Shown one piece after another: positions 10,761-25,680 of a stretch of 64,000 nucleotides of DNA. Both the position numbers and the translations under genes were made by a program. The stretch covers positions 16,802,001 to 16,866,000 of the forward strand of contig OX597819.1 in the NCBI GenBank assembly GCA_951406725.2, written 5' to 3'. Numbering within the stretch: position 1 is the first letter of the stretch; each line of letters starts with the position of its first letter. The stretch comes from Octopus vulgaris (Eukaryota). A model generated the notes under the pieces. The model was not told the DNA's origin. It made no database searches and saw nothing but the letters and a program-made list of their open reading frames with translations.

Positions 10761-13141
10761 CTCGAGCCCTCAAAGTCGATAAAAGCTACAGAAAAGGTAT
10801 GACACGGAACTAAAAGGTAAAGAATTATCTGGAGATGCTAGTTCTAGTTTTAAGATGCAGAGGTTAACGAATGTAAATGACAAGTGACTGCGACGATTGG
10901 CAACTCGCAGCGCTGAGGCGAAAAGAACGCGGCGCATGCATGGCGAAAAGAACGCTAAAACGAAGACCGTGATAGAGACTGGGAGACGATATATTCATCT
11001 TTGTCTCTTTACCTATCTTACCCTTTTCACTCCGCCTCTTCCATACCATCTCATTTCTTCATCTCTTGCCCTTTTTTGATGTACCATACTATTCATCTAA
11101 CGCGGAGCAGCATTCAATTTCACACTATTCACTCTCCCTAACATTTGTACCATTCTCTATCTCCCACCATGAGGCATATGAAACGAGGTACTATTCCATT
11201 ACGACTGTTCTATCCAATTCACCCCACGGTTGCTCTTCTTTACGGCTAGCCATCACTTCCTCTCCACCTAATTTCTCTTGATTGACATACATCACTCTTT
11301 TTTTTACCATCGTTCATGTCTGCAATTATCCATCAATAAGTCACACTTTTATTACCAAACATATAATTGTCATTACTGCTTCTTTCCTATTAACTCCTAA
11401 TCATACTGCTTCTCTTCCAATCTTCTTCCGTACAACTGTCCATTCTATTAATCCCTCTTCTATCACCCTTTCACTCAAATATCTCTATTTCCCCTATCAT
11501 AAAGCATTGCTTTTTACATCATCTCACCCAAGTTCATCTATTATCACCTTTTCTTCTATTCAGCCTCTTAGACTTGCTGCCCTGAATAAAACCAGAGTGG
11601 AGTAGTCGGGTCTGTTTAGTCTTCTGGGGAACAATTCAACATCATTAGTGCTGGTGCCGCGGTGTGGATGGAGAACGAGCTGAAACAACACAGGGTCTCG
11701 AAGACCTGTATGTCTTGCTGAGGATATGACAACCTCTCTAGTAGTGATGTAGTAATACAATGCATCCGGTAAATTTTGTAAAATGTTTGGCGTTAGGGAG
11801 GCTGTCTAACCTTAAAGTGCGTGACGAAAATCGGGATCTGTAAGCGAGACGTGGTACTCAGTTTTATCTTGTACGGTAATTACCCTGAATACAATCCAAC
11901 TTAGGGTATGATGGCCTGTCCGACTACACCATCATGAAAAGCGATGATGGTGATGATGAAACAAGTGTTAATTAATTTTCGGTAAAATCTAAACAATCTA
12001 TTTCTCTTTGAAAGGAAAAAAAGTTTTTAATCTTAAATTTCCATCAGGGGGTAAAAAAAAAAGAAAAAAAAAGCACTTCCATTTATATACGAGTGATCCG
12101 TATACAAATTCTGAGACAGTAACACAAGTCCGTTTACTTTGCAAACTCGTGCAAGCTCTGACAATATTGGTAATAATGCACTGCACAACATTTTGTGAGT
12201 AATTTGAAATGTATTGTAAGATATACCTTTTAGTATTTAATAAATGTAATTGTATCCTCACTGTGGATAATAAACACGAATCGCTCATGGTTAGACAATA
12301 GGTGTTCTTTGATGAGGATCTAAAAAGAATAGAAATTAGTCATATCTGTCCGGCTGTTCCTGCTCACAGTGATAAAAGCTGAGCTTACACACATACGGTT
12401 TCGGGTTATTTTTTAAAGGTTTCGTGCAGTCGACGTTAGCCATGCGTTTTTTTCGATGAGCTTGACATCCCTTTTCCTGTCTGTCTTTCGCTCTCTCCCC
12501 TCCCCCTCTCTCTCGCGCTCTCTTTCACACACATACACACGTACAGACGCATACATATACACATACATGAACACACGTATACATACACACACATAAACAT
12601 GCATATACTTGGAATGTGGCCAGTAGCCCTTGGAGTATGACTCCCTTGCATAACCTTAGTTACGTGGTTGGTTGTTGGATTGATACTGTTGATCCAGCAT
12701 GAAACTGCTTGCCATTGAAGTTATTGAGGAATCCTAGTTGATTGTATTTATTCGATTAATGAACTCCACTGAAGGACGGACGGCAAAGTTGACTTTGGTC
12801 AGATTTGAGTATAAAACAATGAGCCGGAACATACATCTTAATGCTCTTTTTTTTGACACTTTAACTATTCTGCCAATCCAATGTCAACTCCCTCCCTATC
12901 TGTGCGGCTCATATGCACACACAGACACGCGCATAGATATAAATGTGGGATATGAGAGCACTTTGTTCTTTAGGCATGTATTGAAAACACGACCATGTTC
13001 TAGTTTTCTAGATTTTTATCACTACTTTTCGTGTATCAATTTTATATTTAATACAATATAATCACAACTATCCACCCACGACCCCACTACACGTTTAAGG
13101 ATATGTACGCATGTGTGCATATATATATATATATATATATC

Positions 13142-13389
13142 AGGCGAGCCGGCAGAAATGTTAGCGCGACGGGCGAAATGCTTAGCGGTATTTCGTCTGC
13201 CATTACGTTCTGAGTTCAAATTACGCCGAGGTTGACTTAGCCTTTCATCCTTTCGGGATCGATAAATTAAGTACCAGTTACGCACTGGAGTCGATGCAAT
13301 CGACTTAATCTCTTTGTTTGTCCTTGTTTGTCTTTGTTTGTCCCCTCTATGTTTATATGTTTCACCCCTGGTGGGCAATAAAGAAATAT
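13142..13389 (+). mobile_element. tRNA-derived CORE-type SINE
   Basis: Head GGCGAGCCGGCAGAA, B-box-like GAGTTCAAAT, CORE-like CCTTTCATCCTTTCGGGATCGATAAATTAAGTACCAG, tail GTGGGCAATAAAGAAATA. Other copies at about 39940-40130(+), 50785-50895(-), 54930-55130(-), 55290-55525(-) and 59310-59500(-). Confidence 0.8.
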
Positions 13390-13399
13390 ATATATATCT

Positions 13400-13451
<52 letters not shown>

Positions 13452-13523
13452 TTATATCTATTTATATATATATGCGAACAGACATGTTTATATGTATACA
13501 TACATAATCATGTATACATGTGT

Positions 13524-13560
<37 letters not shown>

Positions 13561-13561
13561 G

Positions 13562-13598
<37 letters not shown>

Positions 13599-14388
13599 AC
13601 ACACACGCACACATTCGTATACTCATCTACTCCCACAATCATCATCGTCACCTCCACTATCAACGCCACTATCATCATTGAAATAAGATTTTTTATTAAG
13701 CAGATTTTTTTCATCTTCAAAGTGTATTTTAATGACGTAAACTTAAGATAGCTAACAAGTAGAAACAAGCACACACGTACACATAGACATACACTTAAAA
13801 ATGCATACATTCAGCAGAATACATGTAAGGATGAACATACAATTACACATATAAGTGTCACAATCGTGTGTATGTATATAATTTTAATGTTCAACGTGTG
13901 TTTTAAATACGAGTGTGCACACGCGCGCGTATTTATCTGTAAGCATAATCTTTGTTACAGCGGTTGGTTCTTTGATTCATTCCGTTGATCCATCCCAAAT
14001 GAAGTCTGCCATTGATACATACACTTACATAGTTACATATACATACTTGCATATATATATATATATATATATATATTGACTTATAAAAACGCAAAGTTTG
14101 TACGTCGACTGCTATTTTCCCTACATATAATCGGTAATAAGTTTTTTTTTGTGTGTATTTTCAACAAATCTCACCTCTGTTATGTTCATCAAGGACTATT
14201 TTTTTTTCGAGAAAATGGGTTTGGGGCGGGGTATCAATTACCTTTATAATTTGAAGTTCAGAAGTGTGGAAATTGTAAAGATAATTTACGGACACATCAA
14301 ATACGATGGTGGGGGGAGGAGGTAAAACAACAAACGGAGTGGGAGTGACAGTTACAGACGCTTAATGCAGACGAATTTACTTTATCAA

Positions 14389-14461
<73 letters not shown>

Positions 14462-14662
14462 TATATATATATATGAAATTAAATATCAAACTCATTTGTT
14501 TACAAAACATTATTTCATTTTCCAAGAATAACATATTTTACAGATTTCATCTATCTACAAGTGCGCGCGAGCACCATTTACTCACGTATACACACATATA
14601 TGTATATATATGCACGTGCATAGTATCTAAATATGTACGCTTTTTAAACACACACCACACAC

Positions 14663-14693
<31 letters not shown>

Positions 14694-14764
14694 CAAAGAC
14701 ACGTATATTTATATTTAGAGAGAGATAAATGCGTGTATATATATGTGTATAGATATTTCGTGGT

Positions 14765-14811
<47 letters not shown>

Positions 14812-15109
14812 GAAGTTTTCTACTATATCGTAATTTGAATATCCCTTGTGTTACATGTGCTATGATTTAAGGCAATCGCATTTTCGGTTTGTGAAGTGAA
14901 GTTTGGTGATATCTATAAAAGGTGTAATCGTCATATTGGACCGATTTTTATGAAGCTTGGTAGTTGGATGAAATAAAGCCACCTGATTGAATCTAGAAAT
15001 AACAAAGACTGAATTGAATGTTACGAGATCTATTTTTGATTTTTTAGATATTTTACTTTAGAAAATTCAATATGATGCATAGAAGACAATATAATACTTT
15101 TCAACCATC

Positions 15110-15570
15110 TGAAGCCCGGTGCTCCAGAAGTCGAAGGGCTAGGGAAACACAAACAGAAATGCAGGACAGGCTCCAATCTCGGAGACAATGAAATGACACG
15201 GAGACACAAAGCAACGAAACTAAAACTTCAGTTTGAAATAAATAGGCAATCCGCTTGAGGGACCAAGAGGCACCAAAGCAGAAACGACGGTTGACGAAAC
15301 ACGAGACTCCAAAACAGAAGCGAGAAAGGCTGGAGTTTCAAGCCGATAGAAAAGACCGCTTAAGAAGCTCATGTGTTAACAGAACAACTTCAAAGTAACG
15401 CAGCCGAACGTCCGCTCCAGAGAGCAGGAAACATCGGAGCTACGACAAGTCAGATTGGACTTCAGACCTTTTACTCGTCAAGAGTGGCGATTAGCAGCTT
15501 TTGACTACAATCTCGATCTGACAAGTGGGCATCACGATAGATGCCTTATGAATACAATTGAGTTCAATAC
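15110..15570 (+). pseudogene. decayed Helitron RepHel N-terminal fragment (STPR-like repeats)
   Basis: Translates to ETPKQKRERLEFQADRKDRLRS and later RQEWRLAAFDYNLD, resembling the charged repeats plus AAFxY motif that precede the zinc finger in animal Helitron proteins; frameshifted. Confidence 0.55.
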
Positions 15571-15667
15571 AGAGCGGGCACATAATATATGGCATTTGCA
15601 GCCCCCTCCCCACACATACTTTTACATATGTATATATTTATGTATATACATTCATATATATGCATTT

Positions 15668-16017
15668 ATTAATCTTATTTCGGCTAGAGTTCTTTCGTCA
15701 CACTGCTGTGACCGCATCAGTGGCCCTTTGCTTTCTTCTTTCTTATTTGTGTGTCTCTCCTTACCAACGGTCAACCATTTTGTATTTTGTATTTCTATTG
15801 TATGTATCTTCAACTGCGCATGCGTATATCTCTATATACGTCTATGTTTAGTTAGTGTGTGTGTGGAGGGGATGCCTGTAATATTTGTATCTCCTGTTTA
15901 TATACGTTCGTGTAATTTGTTTTTGTTTTTTTGTTTGTTTTGTTTTTGTTTTTATTTTTATTTTGTTCATGTGTTTACACCCACTTATTATCATTATTAT
16001 TTTTATTATTATTATTA

Positions 16018-16063
<46 letters not shown>

Positions 16064-16252
16064 GTATAATAATAGTAATAATAATAATAAATGTATATAG
16101 TTATTTACTTCCATTTGTTTATTTATCTGTGTATTTGTATCTCCTGTTTATATACGTTCGTGTAATTTGTTTTTGTTTTTGTTTTTTGTTTGTTTTGTTT
16201 TTGTTTTTGTTTTTATTTATTTTTATTTTGTTCATGTGTTTACACCCACTTA

Positions 16253-16295
<43 letters not shown>

Positions 16296-16704
16296 GTATA
16301 ATAATAATAATAGTTATAATAAAAAAACCCAAAAAACAAAAACAAATTACACGAACGTATACAAACAGGAGATACAAATATTACAGACATTCCCCCCCAC
16401 TAACTAAACATAGACGTATATAGAGATATACGCATGCGCAATTGAAGACACATACAATAGAAATACAAAATACAAAATGGCTGACCGTTGGTAAGGAGGG
16501 ACACACAAATGCGGTCACAGGAGTGTGACGAAAGAACTCTGGCCGAAATAAGATTAAGATTAATGTAAAAAATAAATAACGCTGAAGCAAAGTAACACCA
16601 AATGTATAGTGCGTGTGTTTTTATTGACTAAACTGGCAAAATTACCATTCCTAAATACTACAATATCTGCTTCAACACAAGATTTCACATCAAAAATCTT
16701 GCAA

Positions 16705-16710
<6 letters not shown>
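15668..16710. mobile_element. inverted pair of Penelope-like pseudo-LTR fragments with an internal direct duplication
   Basis: 15668-15935 is the reverse complement of 16331-16557; about 15883-16087 is repeated directly at about 16133-16310; hammerhead-like cores at 15682-15725(-) and 16509-16544(+). Confidence 0.65.
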
Positions 16711-16749
<39 letters not shown>

Positions 16750-16875
16750 TTACATATATATACATTTGTATATAGATATATACATACATACATACACACA
16801 CACACACATATATATACATTTACATATATATACATATATATATATTATATACATTTGTAAATAGATATATACATT

Positions 16876-16927
<52 letters not shown>

Positions 16928-17039
16928 CATTAAACATTTATATACATTATACATTTATATATACATATATACATTTATATATATATATATTTCTTTATTG
17001 CCCACAAGAGGCTAAACATAGAGGGGACAAACAAAAGAA

Positions 17040-19385
17040 GTTCTCATGAAACTGTAACACGTGAACGCATTTTTTATGGGTGATTTCAACTTCCCTAACG
17101 TCAAATGGCCTGAAGGCCTCATGCTCTCAGGAATGACTCATTGCAAACAAGCGCAAGTGGAGTCCCTGCTCAAAATCATCAATGCCCTATTCATGGAGCA
17201 AGTTGTGCTCAGACCAACTCGGGCGAATAACATTTTGGATCTCTGCTTCACAAACAACATGGACATCGTTCATGATGCGAAAGTGACACCATCAGTCTCG
17301 GATCACAACATAATAGAGCTGTCTATGTTTGGGCCGAAAGTAGCCAAAGACATACAGCCTAAAAGAAGCACCCGAAATCTCCCCAATCTGAACTTCCACA
17401 AAGCAGACTGGAAATCGGTCCAAAAAGAGATCCTAAGACAGGACTTGCCGAAATGTCTCTCCATACCAGACATTGGCATGAAACTAGACTATTTCATATC
17501 TGTTATGCAAACCATATGCCAGAAATATGTTCCGGAGCACAAGGCCAACACAAAAAAGAACAAGATTCCAAGGGAGAGGAAGATCCTCATGAGACGACGG
17601 ACGAAGGTTGTAAATCGCCTCAACCAACGTTCCAAAAGTAGCGAAAGATCCCGCCTAAAACAACACTGATGGAGATTGAAAACGAAGCAGTGGATTTCTT
17701 TACCTATAACCAGCGAGGCCGTTACGATGGAATACATCGACATTAGCGAAGAAGATTTACTACTAGCCATAAATGAGGTGGACGCAAACTCAATTGCTGA
17801 TCCTGATGGTTTCTCAGCAATCCTCCTCAAATCGTGTAAGCGTGCCCTGGCAAAACCCGTCCAGATTCTCTTCCAGAACTTTCTTGCAAATGGCAGGCTG
17901 CCAAGCAAGCTGAAGGATGGAATAATATGCACAACCCATAAAGAGGGAAGCAGAGCAGATGCCAAAAACTATAGGCCTATCTCTCTGACTTCACACATCA
18001 GTAAAGTCATGGAACGGATAGTCAGAGGGAAAATAATCGCATTCATTGAAGAAAATAACATGCTGAGTGATACCCGGCGTGGCTTTCGACCAGGTAGGAG
18101 CTACCTGACCCAGCTCTCACAACATTATGACAAATGTGGACGTAATATACCTTGATTTTGCAAAAGCTTTTGAGAAAGTGGATCATGGTATAATATGCCA
18201 CAAACTGCGTGATCTCGGCATAGCTGGAAAACTTGGAAAGTGGTTACATGATTTTCTGAAAGATAGAAGTAAGGCAGTAGTGGCCAATGGAGCCACCTTA
18301 ACTAAAACACCAATAATGAGCGGTGTTCCACAGGGCACTGTCTTGGGACCACTGCTTTTCATATTGGCCTTCTCAGATATGCCCTCAACTGTCCGGATAG
18401 CCACCCTTGCTAGCTACGCAGATGATACTAAAGTCTCGCAGAAAATACAGAACCCCAACGATGTTGCACATCTGCAGCAGGAGTTGGACTCAATTTACAA
18501 ATGGGCTGAGTATAATAATATGCAGTTTAATGCTCAAAAAGTCCAAACCCTGCGCTACCAGTGTCCAAAACTGAACATGAAACTTACAGGGTCCACAGGG
18601 AATTACAATCCCAGAGCCTAGATCAGTGAGGGACCTGGGTATCGACATGAGTGATGATACCTCTTTCCAAGAGCACATTACCAGGATGGTGACAAAGTGC
18701 AGACGACTGGCTGGATGGATCATGAGAACATTCAGAGCCAGAGAAAAGGAAACATGATGGTCCTCTGGAGGACATTCGCTCTCAGCCGCCTGGATTACTG
18801 CTCCCAACTATGGTCACCCAACAGCGTAAAATTAACAGCGGACTTTGAAGCAATCCAACGAAGCTTCACAAAGAAGATCGTCTCTTTGCAACAGGTCAGC
18901 TACTGAGAAAGACTGAAACAGCTAAGACTACTCCCTGGAGCGAAGGCGGGAGAGGTATGCAGTAATATACTTCTGGAAGATCCTGGAGGGAATTGTGCCA
19001 GATTTTGGCATTGAAATTGCACCAATGCCAGAACGGGTCGCCACTGCACAGTGCCAAAGATCCCAGCAATACCATCGCACTTCAGCATCAGTTACTGCAA
19101 CATCCTGGGTTTCAGGGGCCCACAGCTTTTTAATATTCTCCCAAATAGCCTGATGGACCTGCACAAAGTGGATGTAGGCATTTTGAAATCAAGGCTGGAC
19201 CTCTTCCTCTCGGGAGTCCCAGATGAATCTACCTCACTGCAAGGGGTGCAAATAAGGGTATCTACCTCAAACTCCCTTATTCACCAAGTGCCATATATGA
19301 GAGAAGGACCTCAGAAAAAACAGTGTAGCAAAACGGCGGTGCTCCAGCAAGGCCATAGCTCTATGCTGAAACTAGGAAAAAATAT
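17040..19385 (+). pseudogene. decayed CR1-group LINE ORF2 (frameshifts, internal deletion) with 3' tail
   Basis: ORF pieces with GDFN, SDH, YRPISLTSHI, YLDFAKAF, GVPQGTVLGPLLF, YADD, RLDYCSQLWSP; tail GGCGGTGCTCCAGC..GCTGAAAC. Confidence 0.92.
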
Positions 19386-20776
<1,391 letters not shown>

Positions 20777-20819
20777 GCAATAATAATTCTCTAAAAGGGA
20801 TATAGACAGTAACTGCTCG

Positions 20820-21065
20820 ATAACATAAGGGACTAAAGCCATCTGAATATGGCTAGGGACAGGGCAGGGTGGTGGGGGTGTTACTGTTGCATTTAGCCCC
20901 AGGTGAACATCGACGTCACCAGAAAGGCTCGACACCGTCACGGTTAAGGGCACCGTGACGGTGTCGAGCCTTTCTGGTGACGTCGATGTTCACCTGGGGC
21001 TAAATGCAACAGTACCCCCACCTGCCCTGTCCCTAGCCATATTCAGATGGCTTTAGTCCCTTATG

Positions 21066-21069
<4 letters not shown>
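20820..21069. repeat. 250-bp near-perfect palindrome (fold-back)
   Basis: Arms 20820-20944 and 20952-21069 with a 7-nt loop TAAGGGC. Confidence 0.95.
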
Positions 21070-21116
<47 letters not shown>

Positions 21117-21123
21117 TTTATAT

Positions 21124-22128
21124 GAGACTGTCTTGGGTCCGCTACTCTTCATAATTTACATAAACGACCTTTCCAGTGTCGTACATTACTGCAAAGTGAA
21201 AACATTTGCTGATGACACTAAGCTCCAGCAAATCGTCAATGAAGAAGCAGACCGAACTCAACTCCAGTCTGATCTATATGCTGTGAGTCAATGGGCAGAC
21301 AAAAACAAAATGCAGCTGAACGAGGGAAAATTTGAGCTGATGCATTTTGGAAGAAATTCCTCACTAAAACAGCCATACTCTCTTCCTTCAGGGGAACCGC
21401 TCACAGCCTCTAACAATATCAGAGATCTGGGTGTAATTGTTGATGACGATCTCAGTTGGAGTGCACACATCAACAAGAAGGTCGATATAGCTCGAAGGAT
21501 GAGTTCCTGTATCTTAAGAACTTTCCGGTTCAGAGAACAAGGTGTCATCATACCACTTTTCTCTTTTGTACGGCCACACCTCGAATACTGCTGCCCACTG
21601 TGGTCTCCCCATACAAGACAAAACATCTCGAGGATTGAATCACCCCAGAGGGCACTCACTAAACGAATTGAAGGCATGACTGCTCTCGATTATTGGGATC
21701 GCCTTAAAGCCTTGAAACTCTACTCTATCCAGCGTCGCCGTGAGCGGTACATCATTTGTACGATGTGGAGAACTTTGCCCAGACGACCTGAACATTAGCT
21801 TCAAGGTTCATCCAAGACTGGGACCACGGGCCATACGTCCCCTGCCCAATTCCAGATCACAGCATACATGCACACTGCAACAGGTCCTGCCCTATTTAAC
21901 ATTGTCCCGAAAGAGATCAAAGAGGAAAAGGATCCCATCAACTTTAAACGGAGTCTGGATAGATTCCTTCAAAGAATACCAGATAAGCCACCCATAATTG
22001 GATACAACTCACCCAACAAAAACTCACTACTTGAATGGACCATAAACAAAACTTGACAGGTGGTGCTATTAAGTTAGACATGGCCTGGACCAATCTTTGG
22101 TCGAAACATATCTAAGTTTATCTAAGTT
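21124..22128 (+). pseudogene. 5'-truncated CR1-group LINE, close relative of the 1-3497 element
   Basis: LGPLLFIIYIND, FADD, PHLEYCCPLWSP, HPRLGPRAIRP; 3' UTR segment CAGGTGGTGCTATTAAGTTAGACATGGCCTGG identical to the first copy; tail (TATCTAAGTT)x2. Confidence 0.92.
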
Positions 22129-22755
<627 letters not shown>

Positions 22756-22756
22756 A

Positions 22757-23217
22757 TTCGAAGATGGAATCACCCCAGAGGTCATTAACTAAAAGAATTA
22801 AGGGCATAACTGATCTTGATTACTGAGACCGCCTTAAAGCATTGAACCTCTATTCTCTGCACTACCGCCGTGAGCGATACATCATTCGCCCGATGTGGAG
22901 AAGATACCACCAGCATTGCCAAAACGGCCTCAACATTAGCTTCTAAATTCATCCAACACTCAACGGGCCCTGCACTTTTTAACATGGACCCGAAGCATAT
23001 CAAAGAGGAAAAGGAACCCATCGTCTTTAAACAGAATTTGGACAAATTTCTTCAAGGATTAGCCACCTATACCTGAATACAACTCACTCAACAAGGACTC
23101 CCTACACTAATGGACCACGATACCACAAAACGTGACTTTAAAAGGATTTAGCTAATCCAATCAGGTGATCTTATTAAGTTAGAAATGGCCTGGATCAATC
23201 AATCTTCGGTCGAAACA

Positions 23218-23220
<3 letters not shown>
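22757..23220 (+). pseudogene. short decayed 3' fragment of the same CR1-group family
   Basis: ESPQR, GPALFN and KEEKEPIVFKQNLDKFLQ; 3' UTR similar to 3423-3473; followed by (TATC)n/(TGTC)n/(TGCC)n to about 23470. Confidence 0.85.
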
Positions 23221-23274
<54 letters not shown>

Positions 23275-23296
23275 GTCTGTCTGTCTGTCTGTCTGT

Positions 23297-23337
<41 letters not shown>

Positions 23338-23348
23338 TGTCTGTCTGC

Positions 23349-23389
<41 letters not shown>

Positions 23390-23559
23390 AGTCTGTCTGT
23401 CTGTCTGTCTGCCAGTCTGTCTGCCAATCTGTCTGCCTGCCTGTCTGTCCGTCTGTCTATCTATCTATACACACATATGATTATATATATATACATATAC
23501 ATACATATATATATATAAATATATGTACATATATATATATACATATATATTTATAGGCT

Positions 23560-23873
23560 ATATCAAATCTCTGAGCGAGATACAAACAGTAGCAATACGG
23601 AATCGTAACATATAATTGCCAGCCAAGTGTGGCGTCCTATACAGGACAGAGCTACGGACATTTATAGCCCTAGGAAGACATCTCTTCCAGCTGGCTAACG
23701 ACACACATTCTGTGTCCGATTAGTATTTGCGAGGGGATGTCATCGCTCCCATTTCTAGCCTTACGTGATACCGCGGACTCGAGTTTCTGGGTGGTTTCCC
23801 CTCTCAGCGTGTGTTAATCACCAGCCAGTGAAAGTTTCTATTTTGAAGATTTTGAGTGAAATATCATCAGGGC
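23560..23873 (-). mobile_element. Penelope-like pseudo-LTR fragment with two tandem hammerhead-like cores
   Basis: Minus strand reads CTGATGA-TATTT..AAATA-GAAAC (23834-23870) and CTGA-GA-GGG..CCC-A-GAAAC-TCGA-GTC (23776-23807). Confidence 0.6.
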
Positions 23874-23874
23874 A

Positions 23875-23963
23875 AAAGGACATTAAAGAAGTTACATGTT
23901 GATCGGTTGAGATACTCCAATAATATCTCAACCGATCAACATTTAACTTCCTTAAGGTCCTTT
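23875..23963. repeat. inverted repeat with 40-bp arms (3 mismatches) and a 9-nt loop
   Basis: 23875-23914 versus the reverse complement of 23924-23963. Confidence 0.93.
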
Positions 23964-24049
23964 CGAAGCTTTCATATTCTTATTTTAAGAGTATTGGCGT
24001 GTTTTGCTGCTTTTCTATAGCAGAAATGGGGAAAATTGTGGGTTCTTAT

Positions 24050-25680
24050 TTAGGACCCACGTTTTCAGTGTCTTAACGTAGCCTGATAGAAAACAAAGTG
24101 ATATCAAGACAGAATAACACGATATGTTCCTGGACAGTATATGCGTTGCAATTCACAGGTCGGAAATTAAATGAAAACCTGGAAAACAACTCTGCACAAG
24201 AAGTCAACATTCAGAATAACTGGGGAAAAAACTTATACAATTACTCCATTTTTATATATAAGCCCTGAGATTGAAAATAAGATACATCATGACTATTTGT
24301 ACCAGGGGTTCCTCAACCGGGGTTCATATGGTCTTTGAGAGTCCATTTAAGATTTTTGGGTGTCTACGCAACAAAATAGTTAATCGCAGATGCACAAAAG
24401 TATTTTAAGGGCCCCTGCAAAGTTAAACCTACACAAGTAAATGTGTGAAAAACAAAATAGTAATATTGAAAGAATTTTCTATAAAACTAGATTTTTAAAC
24501 ATCAAATGGTGGTCCACCAGAAAAAAATAGTAATCAAAGGGATCCATAGATAAAAAATGGTTGGGTACCACCGATTTGCACCAATGGCACGTATAAAATG
24601 CATATACTGACAAGAAGACAAGAAATACCCACGCAAATACAAAATTTCAGTAGTGAATTACCTAGTTCGAAGAGCCTTCAGATTTTCAACAAATAAGATA
24701 CCATAGAACATAGTACACAAAGTATTTAATACACCGACACTATTAAAAATAAATAAACAACACAGAATATAATAAATGAATCAAACGCATGTTAACTATA
24801 AAATAGTTAGCATACCATATCCTAATAAAACAACACAAGCGGCATAACATTGAATCATAAGTTAACAGTAATAGTAAAGGTGCGTGGCCTAGTGGTTAAA
24901 GTGGCACGTTGTGTCCTTGAACAAGGCATTTCATTTCACGTTGCTTGTTCCTATATAGGGGAAATGAGTACCAATCGAGTGCTGGTGTTTTAGCTTTCTG
25001 TTCCATTGGCTGTCACAAGTGTGGGAGAGCCGAGCAAGTTTTTATATTTGCTTGCGACTACATACCTAAAACATGTAGCGGAGGCATGGTTACCTACTTA
25101 CAAATCATTCTCCATTTCGAGTGATCTTATTCTAAACATTAATATTATACAGCAAAACCACTAAAATTTATCAAAAAGCTTCTTATCAAAAACAAACGTA
25201 CATCTGCTTACAAGCTATTAATGGTCAACGTGAGCTATAAATTCGATTGCAAAGGAGCAAGTTTCTAGCTTGACAATTCCAGTTGTAATATAGCATTTTT
25301 CCACCGGCTTGCAATGCGCCCCACAACAAGGAAAGCACTACACTAAATAACAAAGCAAAACTACAGATAGGCAGACTTTAGTAAATATCGCATTTATACT
25401 CAACAAAATTTCCAACAGAAAAAGTCATTAATGAAAGAATAAATACTCATAGCACAGCAGAAGACTAAAATAAACACACAAACAGTATAACACCTATTAC
25501 AGGCAAAAATAAACACGTGGTCAGTGTTATATAAATCAAATAGTCAAAACTTCAAATCGCAGCTGTAATTTCTGCATCAATCACACTGGCTCTGCCAACT
25601 ATAAAGAGGAAGTAAAAAACGCCAGTATCATTTCTGTCTGAAGATGAGATGATGGAAGTCTAGAAATGTTGGTCAATTCA
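24050..25680 (+). pseudogene. highly decayed Penelope-like RT/GIY-YIG relic, interrupted by a MITE and a SINE piece
   Basis: KYKISVVNYLVRRAFRFSTN at about 24635-24695 (PLE thumb-like); PFL-like motif near 24245; CTGAAGA..GAAA core at 25638-25666 at its 3' end. Confidence 0.45.
24303..24573. mobile_element. hAT-type MITE
   Basis: Termini CAGGGGTTCCTCAACC / GGTTGGGTACCACCG; 8-bp TSD ATTTGTAC (24295-24302) / ATTTGCAC (24574-24581). Confidence 0.85.
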
